Virus record (IMG/VR): IMGVR_UViG_3300037067_026584
Coordinates: 62,001 to 89,732 of that record
Origin: an uncultured virus (IMG/VR IMGVR_UViG_3300037067_026584)
Lineage: Duplodnaviria; Heunggongvirae; Uroviricota; Caudoviricetes
Strand: one strand, 5' to 3'
Length of the DNA: 27,732 nt
Positions 1 to 8,135 of this stretch are shown piece after piece. The notes below the pieces were generated by a model, which worked only from the letters and a program-made list of their open reading frames with translations, was not told the DNA's origin and made no database searches. The position numbers and the translations under genes were made by a program. How positions within the stretch are numbered: position 1 is the stretch's first letter; every line of letters begins with the position of its first letter.

Positions 1-339
1 CTTGAGATCGCGCATTGCCTTGGCAATTTCAAAGCCGGACCGAAGGAATAGCGGTTGGACCTCTTGAACGAACCGTAGAAGTTCCTCGGTCTCCCGAAGG
101 TTGTAGTCGCCGATACCCTGATCGAGAGTCATGAACTTTTTAAATGCGGATTTCATGGTGATGATAACCCGGCTGGGGTATTTTTTGTTTGGACGTTCCA
201 GCAGAATGGAACGGATATCCTCGGCAATAAACCCGGCTCCGTCTTCTCGTCCCCAGCCGGCAGCGATCTTTGCGTGAATGCTTGCTTTGAGGGCCTTGAT
301 TTGACGGGTCTGTTCGCTGGTGTAGACGTACTTGGTCAT
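1..339 (-). CDS. hypothetical protein, 3'-truncated by window edge (MTKYVYTSEQTRQIKALK...)
   Basis: ATG at 339 overlaps the TGA of the upstream gene (ATGA coupling). The frame stays open to base 1. Absent from the ORF track. Confidence 0.75.
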   Translation of the reverse strand, partial: MTKYVYTSEQTRQIKALKASIHAKIAAGWGREDGAGFIAEDIRSILLERPNKKYPSRVIITMKSAFKKFMTLDQGIGDYNLRETEELLRFVQEVQPLFLRSGFEIAKAMRDLK

Positions 340-716
340 AGGTTTTTCTCCTTTACGTTAACGTCCCAGCAGTTTCCATCGAGGTTGTTGAGAATTTTGC
401 CGATGCCGTCGGGGTCTTTTCTGATGTCAACCACCCCGTGATCAATCCATACGGCTTTTGCTTCCGTCTTGACGGTGTACAGAGTCACCAGCTTTTCCGT
501 TGCGCTTGTCTCGACAACCAGCATTGCCAAGCTTGGCATACCGCAGGTCTCAATTCGTTTTACCAAATCGTCGCCATCGTCAAGATATTCTGTACCTCCG
601 ATATCTTTGCCTGCGTCGCAGTAGCATGTCTTGTCATCGTCTCCACCGTGAGAAAGGCAATTACAGTTCTGGCAGCGGACCGGTACGATTTGCGTTTCTT
701 CTGTTTCGGGTTCCAT
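336..716 (-). CDS. hypothetical protein with Cys-rich N-terminus (possible metal binding)
   Basis: 126-aa ORF with CQNCNC...CYC...C and a GAGGTGA SD upstream. Confidence 0.75.
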   Translation of the reverse strand: MEPETEETQIVPVRCQNCNCLSHGGDDDKTCYCDAGKDIGGTEYLDDGDDLVKRIETCGMPSLAMLVVETSATEKLVTLYTVKTEAKAVWIDHGVVDIRKDPDGIGKILNNLDGNCWDVNVKEKNL

Positions 717-731
717 GTTACTTTGTCACCT

Positions 732-1616
732 CTACACTCGTTTTCCAAGATCCCGGACGACTTTGCGGATATCGTCCAGAGTCAGGTTCGCGTCTAAAAA
801 GACGGTTTCAACAATCTGGTTGATGTACGCTTCTTTCCTTCGGGGAGTATTGCATTGAAGTTGTTCCATTTGTCCGTAATGAGGGGCAGATGCTGATGGT
901 TTGCGAGGCCCTTCCCGATACTGTTGCAGCAGCCAGTCATACCTTTGCTGGACAACCTGCTTGTATTCTCCAGCCAGCCAGGGGCACCGGAGGGCGAATT
1001 CGTGATCGAAATCAACAAAGTCCTTGACATCGGGCATCCCGTGCCCGGAGCCGCATCTGGCATCAATGTACGACTCCCCAACAGGGTATCCCGACCAGAA
1101 CGGCCCGGCTACATCAGCCAGCCGGAACCACTTCTCAATAAGGGTTTTTTCTTCTGGGCTGCCCTCAACAACCGGGACGATGGCCTCTTTGGTCTGTTCG
1201 TCGCAAAACTCTTTGAAAACCTGCTTTGCAAGAGCGGTCTCGTCGGTGCCGCCATCAGGAGATTGCTGATCAAGACTGTCTTCGAAGCGATTCTGGAGCT
1301 CCGTATACAGGGCACTGCATTTTTCCCATACGTCGTTTGCGTAACTGTACGTGGCCTGTATAATGACGGCTTGAGAAGGTTCCTGCCTCTCCCAGAGGCC
1401 ATAGTCGGTTTCCTGATTCTGGCACTCTTCGAGGATGGCGGCTGCATCCATCAGGGTGTACGACCTGTCAATAATGTCATCATGCCATTCCTGATCGAGG
1501 TTGTCCATGTCGTTGTAATCGAAGTCCCCGTTATTGACAAGGGCGTCAACGATCATGTCCTCGTGGTCTGCGATAAACGATCTTGCATCGTTTTCAACGT
1601 CTTTTTGATAATCCAT
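732..1616 (-). CDS. acidic Ocr-like (DNA-mimic-like) domain fused to an unknown conserved C-terminal domain, paralog A
   Basis: Very D/E-rich N-half containing ETDYGLW...IQATYSYANDVWE, resembling T7 Ocr (from memory). Shares GxPVGxSYIDxRCGSG and VDFDHEF..R.PWLAG with 1666..2502. GAGG SD. Confidence 0.6.
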   Translation of the reverse strand: MDYQKDVENDARSFIADHEDMIVDALVNNGDFDYNDMDNLDQEWHDDIIDRSYTLMDAAAILEECQNQETDYGLWERQEPSQAVIIQATYSYANDVWEKCSALYTELQNRFEDSLDQQSPDGGTDETALAKQVFKEFCDEQTKEAIVPVVEGSPEEKTLIEKWFRLADVAGPFWSGYPVGESYIDARCGSGHGMPDVKDFVDFDHEFALRCPWLAGEYKQVVQQRYDWLLQQYREGPRKPSASAPHYGQMEQLQCNTPRRKEAYINQIVETVFLDANLTLDDIRKVVRDLGKRV

Positions 1617-1665
1617 GATTTTTCCTCGTGTCAGTGGTTTAATTCCTTGTCGAGAATGACGATCT

Positions 1666-2502
1666 TCATTCGTGCCACCCCGCTTTGCGGTTTAATTCCG
1701 ATGCAATTTCTCGTAAATCCCCGGGAGTTAGGGACAAATCGACAAGGAGCATGCGGATGATGGCACCGACGGACTTGTCATTGAGGTCCGGGAGCTCGTG
1801 ATTATCAACTCTCCTTAAGAGTTTGGCCCTGTTTAGCTGGACAAGGGTGTCAAACCTCTTGATAACGTCAGCCTTGCGTTTCCCGGCCAGCCATGGAACT
1901 CTCTTGGAAAATTCATGATCAAAATCGACATAATCGCTGATTTCGATCATGCTGTACCCAGAGCCACACCGGGAATCGATATACGACCCTCCAACCGGGA
2001 ACCCTCCCCAAGTTCCTGCCCGATCATTCTGTCGGATCCAACTGCGGACAAGGAAAAGCTCCTCTTCACTTCCTTCCTCGACCAGATTAGGATCCGGAGA
2101 AGCGTTCTCTTTGATAATCTCGTCAAATGCCTGATCAGCAGTTTTGGCTTCGGTGTCTTCATGATCCCCGAAGGTTTCGGTCATACGGGCATGCATGCGA
2201 CAATACAGGTCTTTGCATTGAGCCCATACGTCTTGACGGTACGCATCAATCGCTGCAACGATCAATGCATTTTCGGGGTCTTCATCTCCGTAGCTGTCTC
2301 CCACGTGTTCGGTTTCCCGCAGGACAATTACAGCGTCCTCCAAGCAAAACGAAGGATCTACATTCTCATTGAACGACTGCAAGCATCTGATATCGTTTGG
2401 ACCAAATTCGGCATCGTTCGAAAGAGCATTAACAAATTCCTCCTTGTGTTCTCGTAGGAGAGAAATTACTTCCTTTGCAATGTCTTCTTTTACTGTTGAC
2501 AT
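1666..2502 (-). CDS. paralog B of 732..1616 (Ocr-like acidic domain plus unknown C-terminal domain)
   Basis: Collinear similarity to 732..1616 over its length. Near-identical upstream SD context CACGAGGAAAA(A)TCATG. Confidence 0.6.
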   Translation of the reverse strand: MSTVKEDIAKEVISLLREHKEEFVNALSNDAEFGPNDIRCLQSFNENVDPSFCLEDAVIVLRETEHVGDSYGDEDPENALIVAAIDAYRQDVWAQCKDLYCRMHARMTETFGDHEDTEAKTADQAFDEIIKENASPDPNLVEEGSEEELFLVRSWIRQNDRAGTWGGFPVGGSYIDSRCGSGYSMIEISDYVDFDHEFSKRVPWLAGKRKADVIKRFDTLVQLNRAKLLRRVDNHELPDLNDKSVGAIIRMLLVDLSLTPGDLREIASELNRKAGWHE

Positions 2503-2536
2503 GATTTTCCTCGTGCCCTGTTATATGGGGGCACAG

Positions 2537-2707
2537 TGCTGTCGAACGGATTCGAACCGTTGTTTTCGCCGTTGGCGTAAGGGGGTAATATGGGTATAAC
2601 AGGATGACATCGAGGACTTTATAATCCCGGCAAATGCAGAAAACCGAGAGTATTTTATTTAGTGTGCAATCGCACGGCGATGATTTTCCAGTCTAATCTA
2701 CGACAGC
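2537..2707 (-). tRNA. tRNA or tRNA-like gene with 98-nt insertion in the anticodon loop; isotype uncertain (Arg-GCG if intron at 37/38)
   Basis: Minus strand: acceptor GCTGTCG/CGACAGC-A73, U8A9, D-arm GATT-AGACTGGAA-AATC, anticodon stem TCGCC/GGCGA, variable AAAC, T-arm AACGG-TTCGAAT-CCGTT. 105 nt lie between the anticodon-stem strands. No encoded CCA. Confidence 0.8.
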
Positions 2708-2724
2708 AAAAATGGTTTTTGTTT

Positions 2725-3069
2725 TTACATAACGACAAACGAAAAATTTTCAGTCCGATCTACAGATGTAATCCAGTTCCGGACGTTTGCAATCCGGCGC
2801 TGTAATTCGGCATTAACTTTTTCTGACGGGTCATTCAGAAGATTAAGCGCCTGAACGATGAACTCCTGAGTGGTGTCCCCGTACGCAACCATAATGGTGG
2901 TTGTATTTTCGTCGAAGATTCCATTGCCGCGTTCTCCTGTTGTACCGGTAAGCTGCCTAGACAAAAAGTGCATGTCGTGACTGTCAACGTTCTTACCATC
3001 GCAGAAAATTCTGAAAAACGGGCACCCTTGAGAAATTCCTCTTTCAATCCTAATTGTGTGATACATCAT
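2725..3069 (-). CDS. hypothetical protein
   Basis: Part of ORF 2725..3258. Start moved to MMYHTIRIERG (GGAG SD) to avoid a long overlap with the zinc-ribbon gene. Confidence 0.65.
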   Translation of the reverse strand: MMYHTIRIERGISQGCPFFRIFCDGKNVDSHDMHFLSRQLTGTTGERGNGIFDENTTTIMVAYGDTTQEFIVQALNLLNDPSEKVNAELQRRIANVRNWITSVDRTENFSFVVM

Positions 3070-3313
3070 TTCGTGACTCCGAGGGCTTTGCTCCAGCGAC
3101 GATCTGGATGCCCCAAATATCGTAATAATACCTCCATACTGCTCCGCAAGAGGCGCACGAACAGATTTCATAAAGAACTTCCCCGAGTCCTCCCTCGTAT
3201 TCATCTGCCGCCACCTCGTTAGAGTGACATACTGGGCATTCCGAGATTGGTATATCACTGCATCCCTCTCGAAGGAGTTTTAATCCTTCGGCAATTTTCT
3301 TCTCATCTGACAT
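3050..3313 (-). CDS. zinc-ribbon protein
   Basis: CPVC...CASC motif. AAGGTGA SD before ATG at 3313. Confidence 0.75.
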   Translation of the reverse strand: MSDEKKIAEGLKLLREGCSDIPISECPVCHSNEVAADEYEGGLGEVLYEICSCASCGAVWRYYYDIWGIQIVAGAKPSESRNDVSHN

Positions 3314-3325
3314 TGAATTCACCTT

Positions 3326-3853
3326 TTAATTGCCACCTTCAAAGTCCTGCCAAGAGATCACGTCGTAATCCCAGTTCCGTAAGAATTGAGATACCTTTTC
3401 GGCAGTCTCTTTGTCGTTCAGGCCGTTCGTTCTCGCATCTTCGAATTTGACTCTGATATTGGCAGCCAAAATGTCAGATATGGGCTGGCCCCGAACGAGG
3501 ATCTGAATCCCCGAGAGAGACCGCACCATGGTGTAAACACCGGGAATTTTTCCGCGCTCATGGCCAGTCCTGGCTTCGATACTATCGACCATGTACAGAT
3601 CGGCTTCGAACAGTTCATACCACTCTTGAAGAAAAGCCCGAATATTCTCCACGTCATACCCCCTGCTCCTCGCCTTTTTCCATGCCGATGGAAAGTTCTT
3701 GATAACGTATTCCATGTTGGCAAAGATGATCTGAAAATAGAGCTTCGGCTGCATGTTGGGAGTCAGATCAACAGCACCTACAACCTCGGCATCTTGAACG
3801 TTGGGTGGAATGACACTCGAAGTTCCTTTGCTTCTTTCAGTGTTTTTGGTCAT
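3326..3853 (-). CDS. hypothetical protein
   Basis: Start moved to ATG 3853 (GGAGGCG SD). The upstream part of the 232-aa track ORF overlaps a better small gene. Confidence 0.7.
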   Translation of the reverse strand: MTKNTERSKGTSSVIPPNVQDAEVVGAVDLTPNMQPKLYFQIIFANMEYVIKNFPSAWKKARSRGYDVENIRAFLQEWYELFEADLYMVDSIEARTGHERGKIPGVYTMVRSLSGIQILVRGQPISDILAANIRVKFEDARTNGLNDKETAEKVSQFLRNWDYDVISWQDFEGGN

Positions 3854-3854
3854 C

Positions 3855-4031
3855 TTAAAACGCCTCCATGTCGTCTTCGTTGGCTTCTTCACTGGCATCG
3901 GCATTTTCCGACTGGTACGAGAAGTCAATGGAGTTATCCATTCCGCACGTCCCTTGAGAGTAGCAGCCGATACAATTGGGCCCGGGCGCCGATCCGCAAC
4001 GGGTTTTGACTGCCGGACGGTCATAGTTCAT
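3855..4031 (-). CDS. 58-aa 4-Cys microprotein with acidic tail (MNYDRPAVKTRCGSAPGPNCIGCYSQGTCGMDNSIDFSYQSENADASEEANEDDMEAF)
   Basis: Translated by hand. ATGA overlap with the upstream stop, and its own stop lies 1 nt before the next ATG. C-x7-CxxC-x5-C. Confidence 0.65.
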   Translation of the reverse strand: MNYDRPAVKTRCGSAPGPNCIGCYSQGTCGMDNSIDFSYQSENADASEEANEDDMEAF

Positions 4032-4255
4032 ATGCTCACTTCCGTCATGGGGACAGCCTTGCCATCTACGATTTCGACCGCTTTGCTTTCGCTCGAAATC
4101 TCAACAGCGTATTCCTTCGGAGCTCCCCCATGCTTGATGTTCGCTGTAACCGGGAATGCTTGTTTGAAAGCATCCACCGGGTTACTGTCGCGGACGATCA
4201 CCGGGCCGTTCTGATTCACTGGTGTCGTCCACCAGCACACGTAAAGCTTTGTCAT
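4028..4255 (-). CDS. hypothetical protein
   Basis: 75-aa ORF that fits the operon packing. Confidence 0.7.
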   Translation of the reverse strand: MTKLYVCWWTTPVNQNGPVIVRDSNPVDAFKQAFPVTANIKHGGAPKEYAVEISSESKAVEIVDGKAVPMTEVSI

Positions 4256-4271
4256 GGGTAATCATTCCCGT

Positions 4272-5423
4272 TTAATCGACATCCCCGCGGATAGTCCACG
4301 AGTCTGCTGCGGTATTTGCATAAACCCGGTACCAGCAGGTTCCAAGATCCAGAGGCCCGTGTGCCCGTCCGGTATGCTTTACAAGACCAGACGCATACAC
4401 AGTCCCGTCGGCATCTTTCACGAATTTCTCAACCGTGTGAGTTGTACCTCCCCTTCTGGTAAGCACCCCGGAAGTCACACGGCTTTCCCGGTATTTGTTC
4501 AGAACGTCCCGGTATCGAATCGCGGCTTCTTGGAACTCTCTTTTTTCTGGGGTGTCAAGAGGCTCGTCTTTTCCGAATGGTGCATGAGCGTCGCACATGA
4601 ATGTGTATTCAGGGTTTTTGTCATCTGACAGGAGACCAAACCCGTATCTGGATGGAGGATACTTTAAAAAATGCCTCTCTTCATCGGTGATCGGTGTCGA
4701 GACCGGGCACTCCCTTGAATGAATGACAAAATAATATTCTCCCTGCCGTTTAATCACACGCAACTGACGCTTCGCAATCCGAACCTCGTCCGGAATGAGC
4801 ATGTCATACGCCTGCCTGATAGACTTGGCCGGGCGGGGGAGTTTCGTAACAAACGGGTTGAAGATCCGATGCTCCCGTAACTCCTGCCGGTCTATATCGT
4901 ACAGGAAAACCTCTTTGTCGATGGCAAAAAGGCAAGCCCCGGAGAAATGGCGAGTTATCGGAACTGGTTTGTCTCCCTCATAACGCGGGTTTGACAGGAC
5001 ATCCAATTGTTCCGGCTTCGGTTTGACTACCCATGAAAAATCCCGGACATCGGCCCCTTCAACCTCATCGAAGATGGTGAACGGTAAGGGAATGGCACCT
5101 GCACCTGTCAGCCACCGCTGCACCTCGTTCTCCTCTTCCCATCCATATATCGCATACCCCCACGCTACCTTTCGGCCGGCCAGCTTGAGCTTGTTGGCAT
5201 TTGACAGCACGGAACCGTCTGGGAGGCGGTACGCAACCCGCTCTACCGTTTTGATGGTCTCCTCTACGAACTGGTTGTTACGCCAGTGCCCTCTCGTTTT
5301 TTCCGAAGTGAACTGAAGGACATCCATGTTGCCCCAGTTCATAATCGACCATCCACCCTGAACGGTCTTTTTTCCTAACGTCCCATGGACGTAATTCTCG
5401 ATGAATTCTCTTACTGTTGACAT
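4272..5423 (-). CDS. conserved viral hypothetical protein (RQGE motif, His-rich C-terminus)
   Basis: 383-aa ORF with GAGGAGG SD. RQGEYYF and H..E...VKH...HGPLDLG..WYRV resemble a recurrent phage family (recall only). Confidence 0.8.
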   Translation of the reverse strand: MSTVREFIENYVHGTLGKKTVQGGWSIMNWGNMDVLQFTSEKTRGHWRNNQFVEETIKTVERVAYRLPDGSVLSNANKLKLAGRKVAWGYAIYGWEEENEVQRWLTGAGAIPLPFTIFDEVEGADVRDFSWVVKPKPEQLDVLSNPRYEGDKPVPITRHFSGACLFAIDKEVFLYDIDRQELREHRIFNPFVTKLPRPAKSIRQAYDMLIPDEVRIAKRQLRVIKRQGEYYFVIHSRECPVSTPITDEERHFLKYPPSRYGFGLLSDDKNPEYTFMCDAHAPFGKDEPLDTPEKREFQEAAIRYRDVLNKYRESRVTSGVLTRRGGTTHTVEKFVKDADGTVYASGLVKHTGRAHGPLDLGTCWYRVYANTAADSWTIRGDVD

Positions 5424-5557
5424 TTTACTGTCGCCTCCTCGCGCATTTCATGTTCTCCTGCTGTACCAACGCTTGAAAACCGCACGTTGCACGCGAAACA
5501 CCCCGCCGGGGGACACGAGCACGGGCGGCCGGTTACCGGGCAGCTACCACCGGGCAC
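5411..5557 (-). CDS. 48-aa Cys-rich microprotein (MPGGSCPVTGRPCSCPPAGCFACNVRF...)
   Basis: GTG start after a GGAGTGA SD. Fills an otherwise empty gap. 6 Cys. Confidence 0.55.
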   Translation of the reverse strand: MPGGSCPVTGRPCSCPPAGCFACNVRFSSVGTAGEHEMREEATVKCQQ

Positions 5558-5562
5558 GTCTC

Positions 5563-5985
5563 TCACTCCAGATTTAAGCTCTCGGAGATGGCATACAGGT
5601 CATCTTTAGACAACCCGATAGTTTTCATCTTTTCGAACGTCTCTTGACACTGCTGCCATATTCTCTCTGCTCTTCGGGAGTCCTCGTCATACCCCATTTC
5701 ACCGCAGAACTCATCAAACGGCACTGCCCCGCTTAAAGCATCGTCTACGATACACCAAAAAGCGTTTTTCAGGTCGTCATCGTCAAGGGTTTTCTTCCCA
5801 GCGCCATGGTCGTAAGCAGACGCGAAATAGGCAAAGGTTTCCGAACCTCCCTTGGATGCAAGGGCGATATCGTACGCATAATGCAAGCTCTCATCGTTCT
5901 GGCAATTGGGGAATCCCTTTACTTCTCCATGGAATTTCCACGCGATTCCAATGTCGATGCCGTTCTTCTCTACAACGTATCTCAT
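5563..5985 (-). CDS. conserved viral hypothetical protein (FDEFCGEMGYDEDSRRAERIW motif)
   Basis: 140-aa acidic ORF, AAGGTG SD. Confidence 0.8.
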   Translation of the reverse strand: MRYVVEKNGIDIGIAWKFHGEVKGFPNCQNDESLHYAYDIALASKGGSETFAYFASAYDHGAGKKTLDDDDLKNAFWCIVDDALSGAVPFDEFCGEMGYDEDSRRAERIWQQCQETFEKMKTIGLSKDDLYAISESLNLE

Positions 5986-5988
5986 TGG

Positions 5989-6261
5989 TCACACCTTCTT
6001 CCATGTCCAGAGATGTTTTTTAACACTCTGCCCGAGAGCCAGAGCTGGAATGTGAGCTTTGACGTGCGACAAGATTTCCCTTGCCATTTTATCCCCGAGG
6101 GACCCGGCACGTTCTGGAATATCCAGCAAACGGATGTAGGTTGGCTCCCCAACCCTTGTATTTTCGACTTCGATACCATACCCAGATTTGGGCTCGTCCG
6201 GATCGTCTTCGAAGACCAACCGAACCGTCAGGACTTCTCTCGTGTGCTGCATTTCAATCAC
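5989..6261 (-). CDS. hypothetical protein
   Basis: 90-aa ORF abutting its neighbours. Confidence 0.7.
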   Translation of the reverse strand: MIEMQHTREVLTVRLVFEDDPDEPKSGYGIEVENTRVGEPTYIRLLDIPERAGSLGDKMAREILSHVKAHIPALALGQSVKKHLWTWKKV

Positions 6262-7065
6262 TTACGAGCTTTTCTCTTCGTTGTCAGGGTCATTTTCACC
6301 GGGAGGGTGAATGATGATCCCGTCATCAACAATGGGATATTTGAGATTGAGAAGATTCAACGAGGACGCTGTAATGTATATTTCGCCCTCGATTGATCCG
6401 TGGTCTTTTCTAATTTTTTCACGGAACTCGTCCCCCGATAGAAGTGTTTCGACTACAACAGGATGCGGATCCCGGCTCCGTAGGAATGACTGGTACGCCT
6501 CGCGGGTATCCTTACTGTCTTCAAGAAGGGCATTGACATGCCAACGGATAGTTTCATCAATGAGTTTCCGGTCTTCTTCGGTTGATTCTGGTATTAGTTT
6601 CCCCAGTTGGAAACGGAGTTCGTACACCGCGAATGATAATTTTTCGAATGCTTTTGTCGCCGCCGGATTCCGCTTTTTAAGAACTTCGAAGTTATCCGGT
6701 TTCGTGACATCGGATAGGTCGATCAGAGAATCAACAAATTCTTGTATTGTTGCATCATCGTTCTCTACATCCCATGGAGTAGGACACCCGCCTCCCATGA
6801 GATTGACGGTATTGCCAGCGTCCAAACCCGGAATCGGGAAATCCGTTACAATTTCCATGATCCTGTTGACCACTACACCCTTTTCAACAGTCTGGACAAA
6901 ATCAAATTCGTTTTCCCGGTGATCGGGATTTTCTTCTTCCCGTATTCCATAGACGTGCTGAGAGCGGCGTTCTGTATCGGTTGCCCATCGGTCGTTAAGG
7001 AATGTAATGTGTCCCTGTTTTACGGTAAGAGGGGTGTTAAAAATTGAATTTTCATCGGAGTTCAT
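6262..7065 (-). CDS. acidic protein with LPD28-like N-terminal domain
   Basis: VYGIRE...QTVEKGVVVNRIMEIVTDFPI resembles the LPD28 consensus (Y.IR...TIE..V.VN....IIT..PI) from memory. Confidence 0.5.
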   Translation of the reverse strand: MNSDENSIFNTPLTVKQGHITFLNDRWATDTERRSQHVYGIREEENPDHRENEFDFVQTVEKGVVVNRIMEIVTDFPIPGLDAGNTVNLMGGGCPTPWDVENDDATIQEFVDSLIDLSDVTKPDNFEVLKKRNPAATKAFEKLSFAVYELRFQLGKLIPESTEEDRKLIDETIRWHVNALLEDSKDTREAYQSFLRSRDPHPVVVETLLSGDEFREKIRKDHGSIEGEIYITASSLNLLNLKYPIVDDGIIIHPPGENDPDNEEKSS

Positions 7066-7068
7066 GAT

Positions 7069-7485
7069 TCAAAGTCCCCCCTCTTCACAGTCGCATAGAT
7101 CGGACATACACACCGGATGGAAAAGAGACCCAAGAACGGTATCTTCCCAGTTCCCACCATCCTTGTTAATGACTTTACGGCCATTCCAACGAGAAATGAT
7201 AACCGCTTGAGGGCAGATTTCAAGAACGGCATCAAAGAAGTGCCCGTAAACGTGCCAACAGGCAGCTCGTAAGTAGTGCCCAAGGTGATCAGGAGAAGAT
7301 AATCCCCTGCGATGACCGGGGCCACGACTGTCGTGCACGGTAAGGGTTATTGTAGAACGCCAGCCGGCGCGTGTGATCCGGTTCTCTTCTTTCTTGAAAC
7401 ACACGTTGCCGTTGTACCGTTCCCGATTGATTTTTTCAAGAGCTGCCCGTATATCCCGGGGGTTTGCATTTCGAATTTCCACCAT
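7069..7485 (-). CDS. conserved viral hypothetical protein (AACWHVYGHFFDA; C-terminal Cys cluster)
   Basis: 138-aa ORF, GGGAGT SD. Confidence 0.75.
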   Translation of the reverse strand: MVEIRNANPRDIRAALEKINRERYNGNVCFKKEENRITRAGWRSTITLTVHDSRGPGHRRGLSSPDHLGHYLRAACWHVYGHFFDAVLEICPQAVIISRWNGRKVINKDGGNWEDTVLGSLFHPVCMSDLCDCEEGGL

Positions 7486-7527
7486 AGTAATACTCCCAAA
7501 ACGATGTTTTCCTCTGTTTTACTCCTT

Positions 7528-7734
7528 TCAATTTATCCACTGATTGATAACGTCCCGATTATCAGGACGGCTTAAGAAATTGTTCACTGCACGAACCGCC
7601 TGATCCCGGTTTGGATAGGAATCAGTCTCGTGCAGGGTGCGATTTATCCCGCAAGAAAACCCGGACGGCTGGGTTTTAACAATTCCCTTGTAACCATCAG
7701 AATCAAATCGAATGGACGATGTTGTGTGTCGCAT
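7528..7734 (-). CDS. hypothetical protein
   Basis: Start placed at ATG 7734 after an AGAGGTG SD. Confidence 0.6.
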   Translation of the reverse strand: MRHTTSSIRFDSDGYKGIVKTQPSGFSCGINRTLHETDSYPNRDQAVRAVNNFLSRPDNRDVINQWIN

Positions 7735-7750
7735 GCCTGAAACACCTCTT

Positions 7751-7945
7751 TCAACAGAATTCGGCCGATGTTGAAAAGTTATCTTCAATATCAGGGAAAT
7801 TCTGAAAAGCGAAACCTATCCAGTCCTGATACATTCCTTTCCACGCATCAGTACCACGCATGGGGACGGTATACCCGTGCTGGTCCCGGGCCCATGCTTC
7901 TGCATGCCCGGCAAGGGTATCTAACCTCTTTGATTTGGAAGACAT
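7751..7945 (-). CDS. hypothetical protein
   Basis: 64 aa, TGATG coupling, GAGGTGA SD. Confidence 0.7.
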   Translation of the reverse strand: MSSKSKRLDTLAGHAEAWARDQHGYTVPMRGTDAWKGMYQDWIGFAFQNFPDIEDNFSTSAEFC

Positions 7946-8133
7946 CAGATCACCTCATATTTCCCAACCAGATTGCCATTTGCATCTCGTATAACATGCG
8001 GCGCTTTGTAAAATATGCCGTCGTACTGTACTCGTTCTGATACATCGGCAAGGGCGCGAGCAATGTGATCATCGTTGCACATGGCTTCATTCCCAAGGTC
8101 GATTTCTAACAGGAACTTTTTATACGGTGCCAT
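7945..8133 (-). CDS. hypothetical protein (IRDANGNLVG beta-hairpin motif)
   Basis: 62 aa, GGAGG SD. Confidence 0.75.
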   Translation of the reverse strand: MAPYKKFLLEIDLGNEAMCNDDHIARALADVSERVQYDGIFYKAPHVIRDANGNLVGKYEVI

Positions 8134-8135
8134 AA

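Noticed and set aside
2505..2536. Theta/HDV-like ribozyme downstream of the tRNA
   Set aside because: Only a simple hairpin (GTGCCC-N10-GGGCAC) precedes the next SD. There is no room for the nested double pseudoknot.
2537..2707. Mini-tmRNA or C/D-box-containing tRNA-Trp intron
   Set aside because: No G3-U70 pair, a full D-stem is present, no tag ORF is evident, and there are no clear RUGAUGA/CUGA boxes in the insert.
2490..5423. Shared 13-mer TTACTGTTGACAT at two gene starts (MSTV)
   Set aside because: Short and explained by similar N-terminal codons. No further homology.
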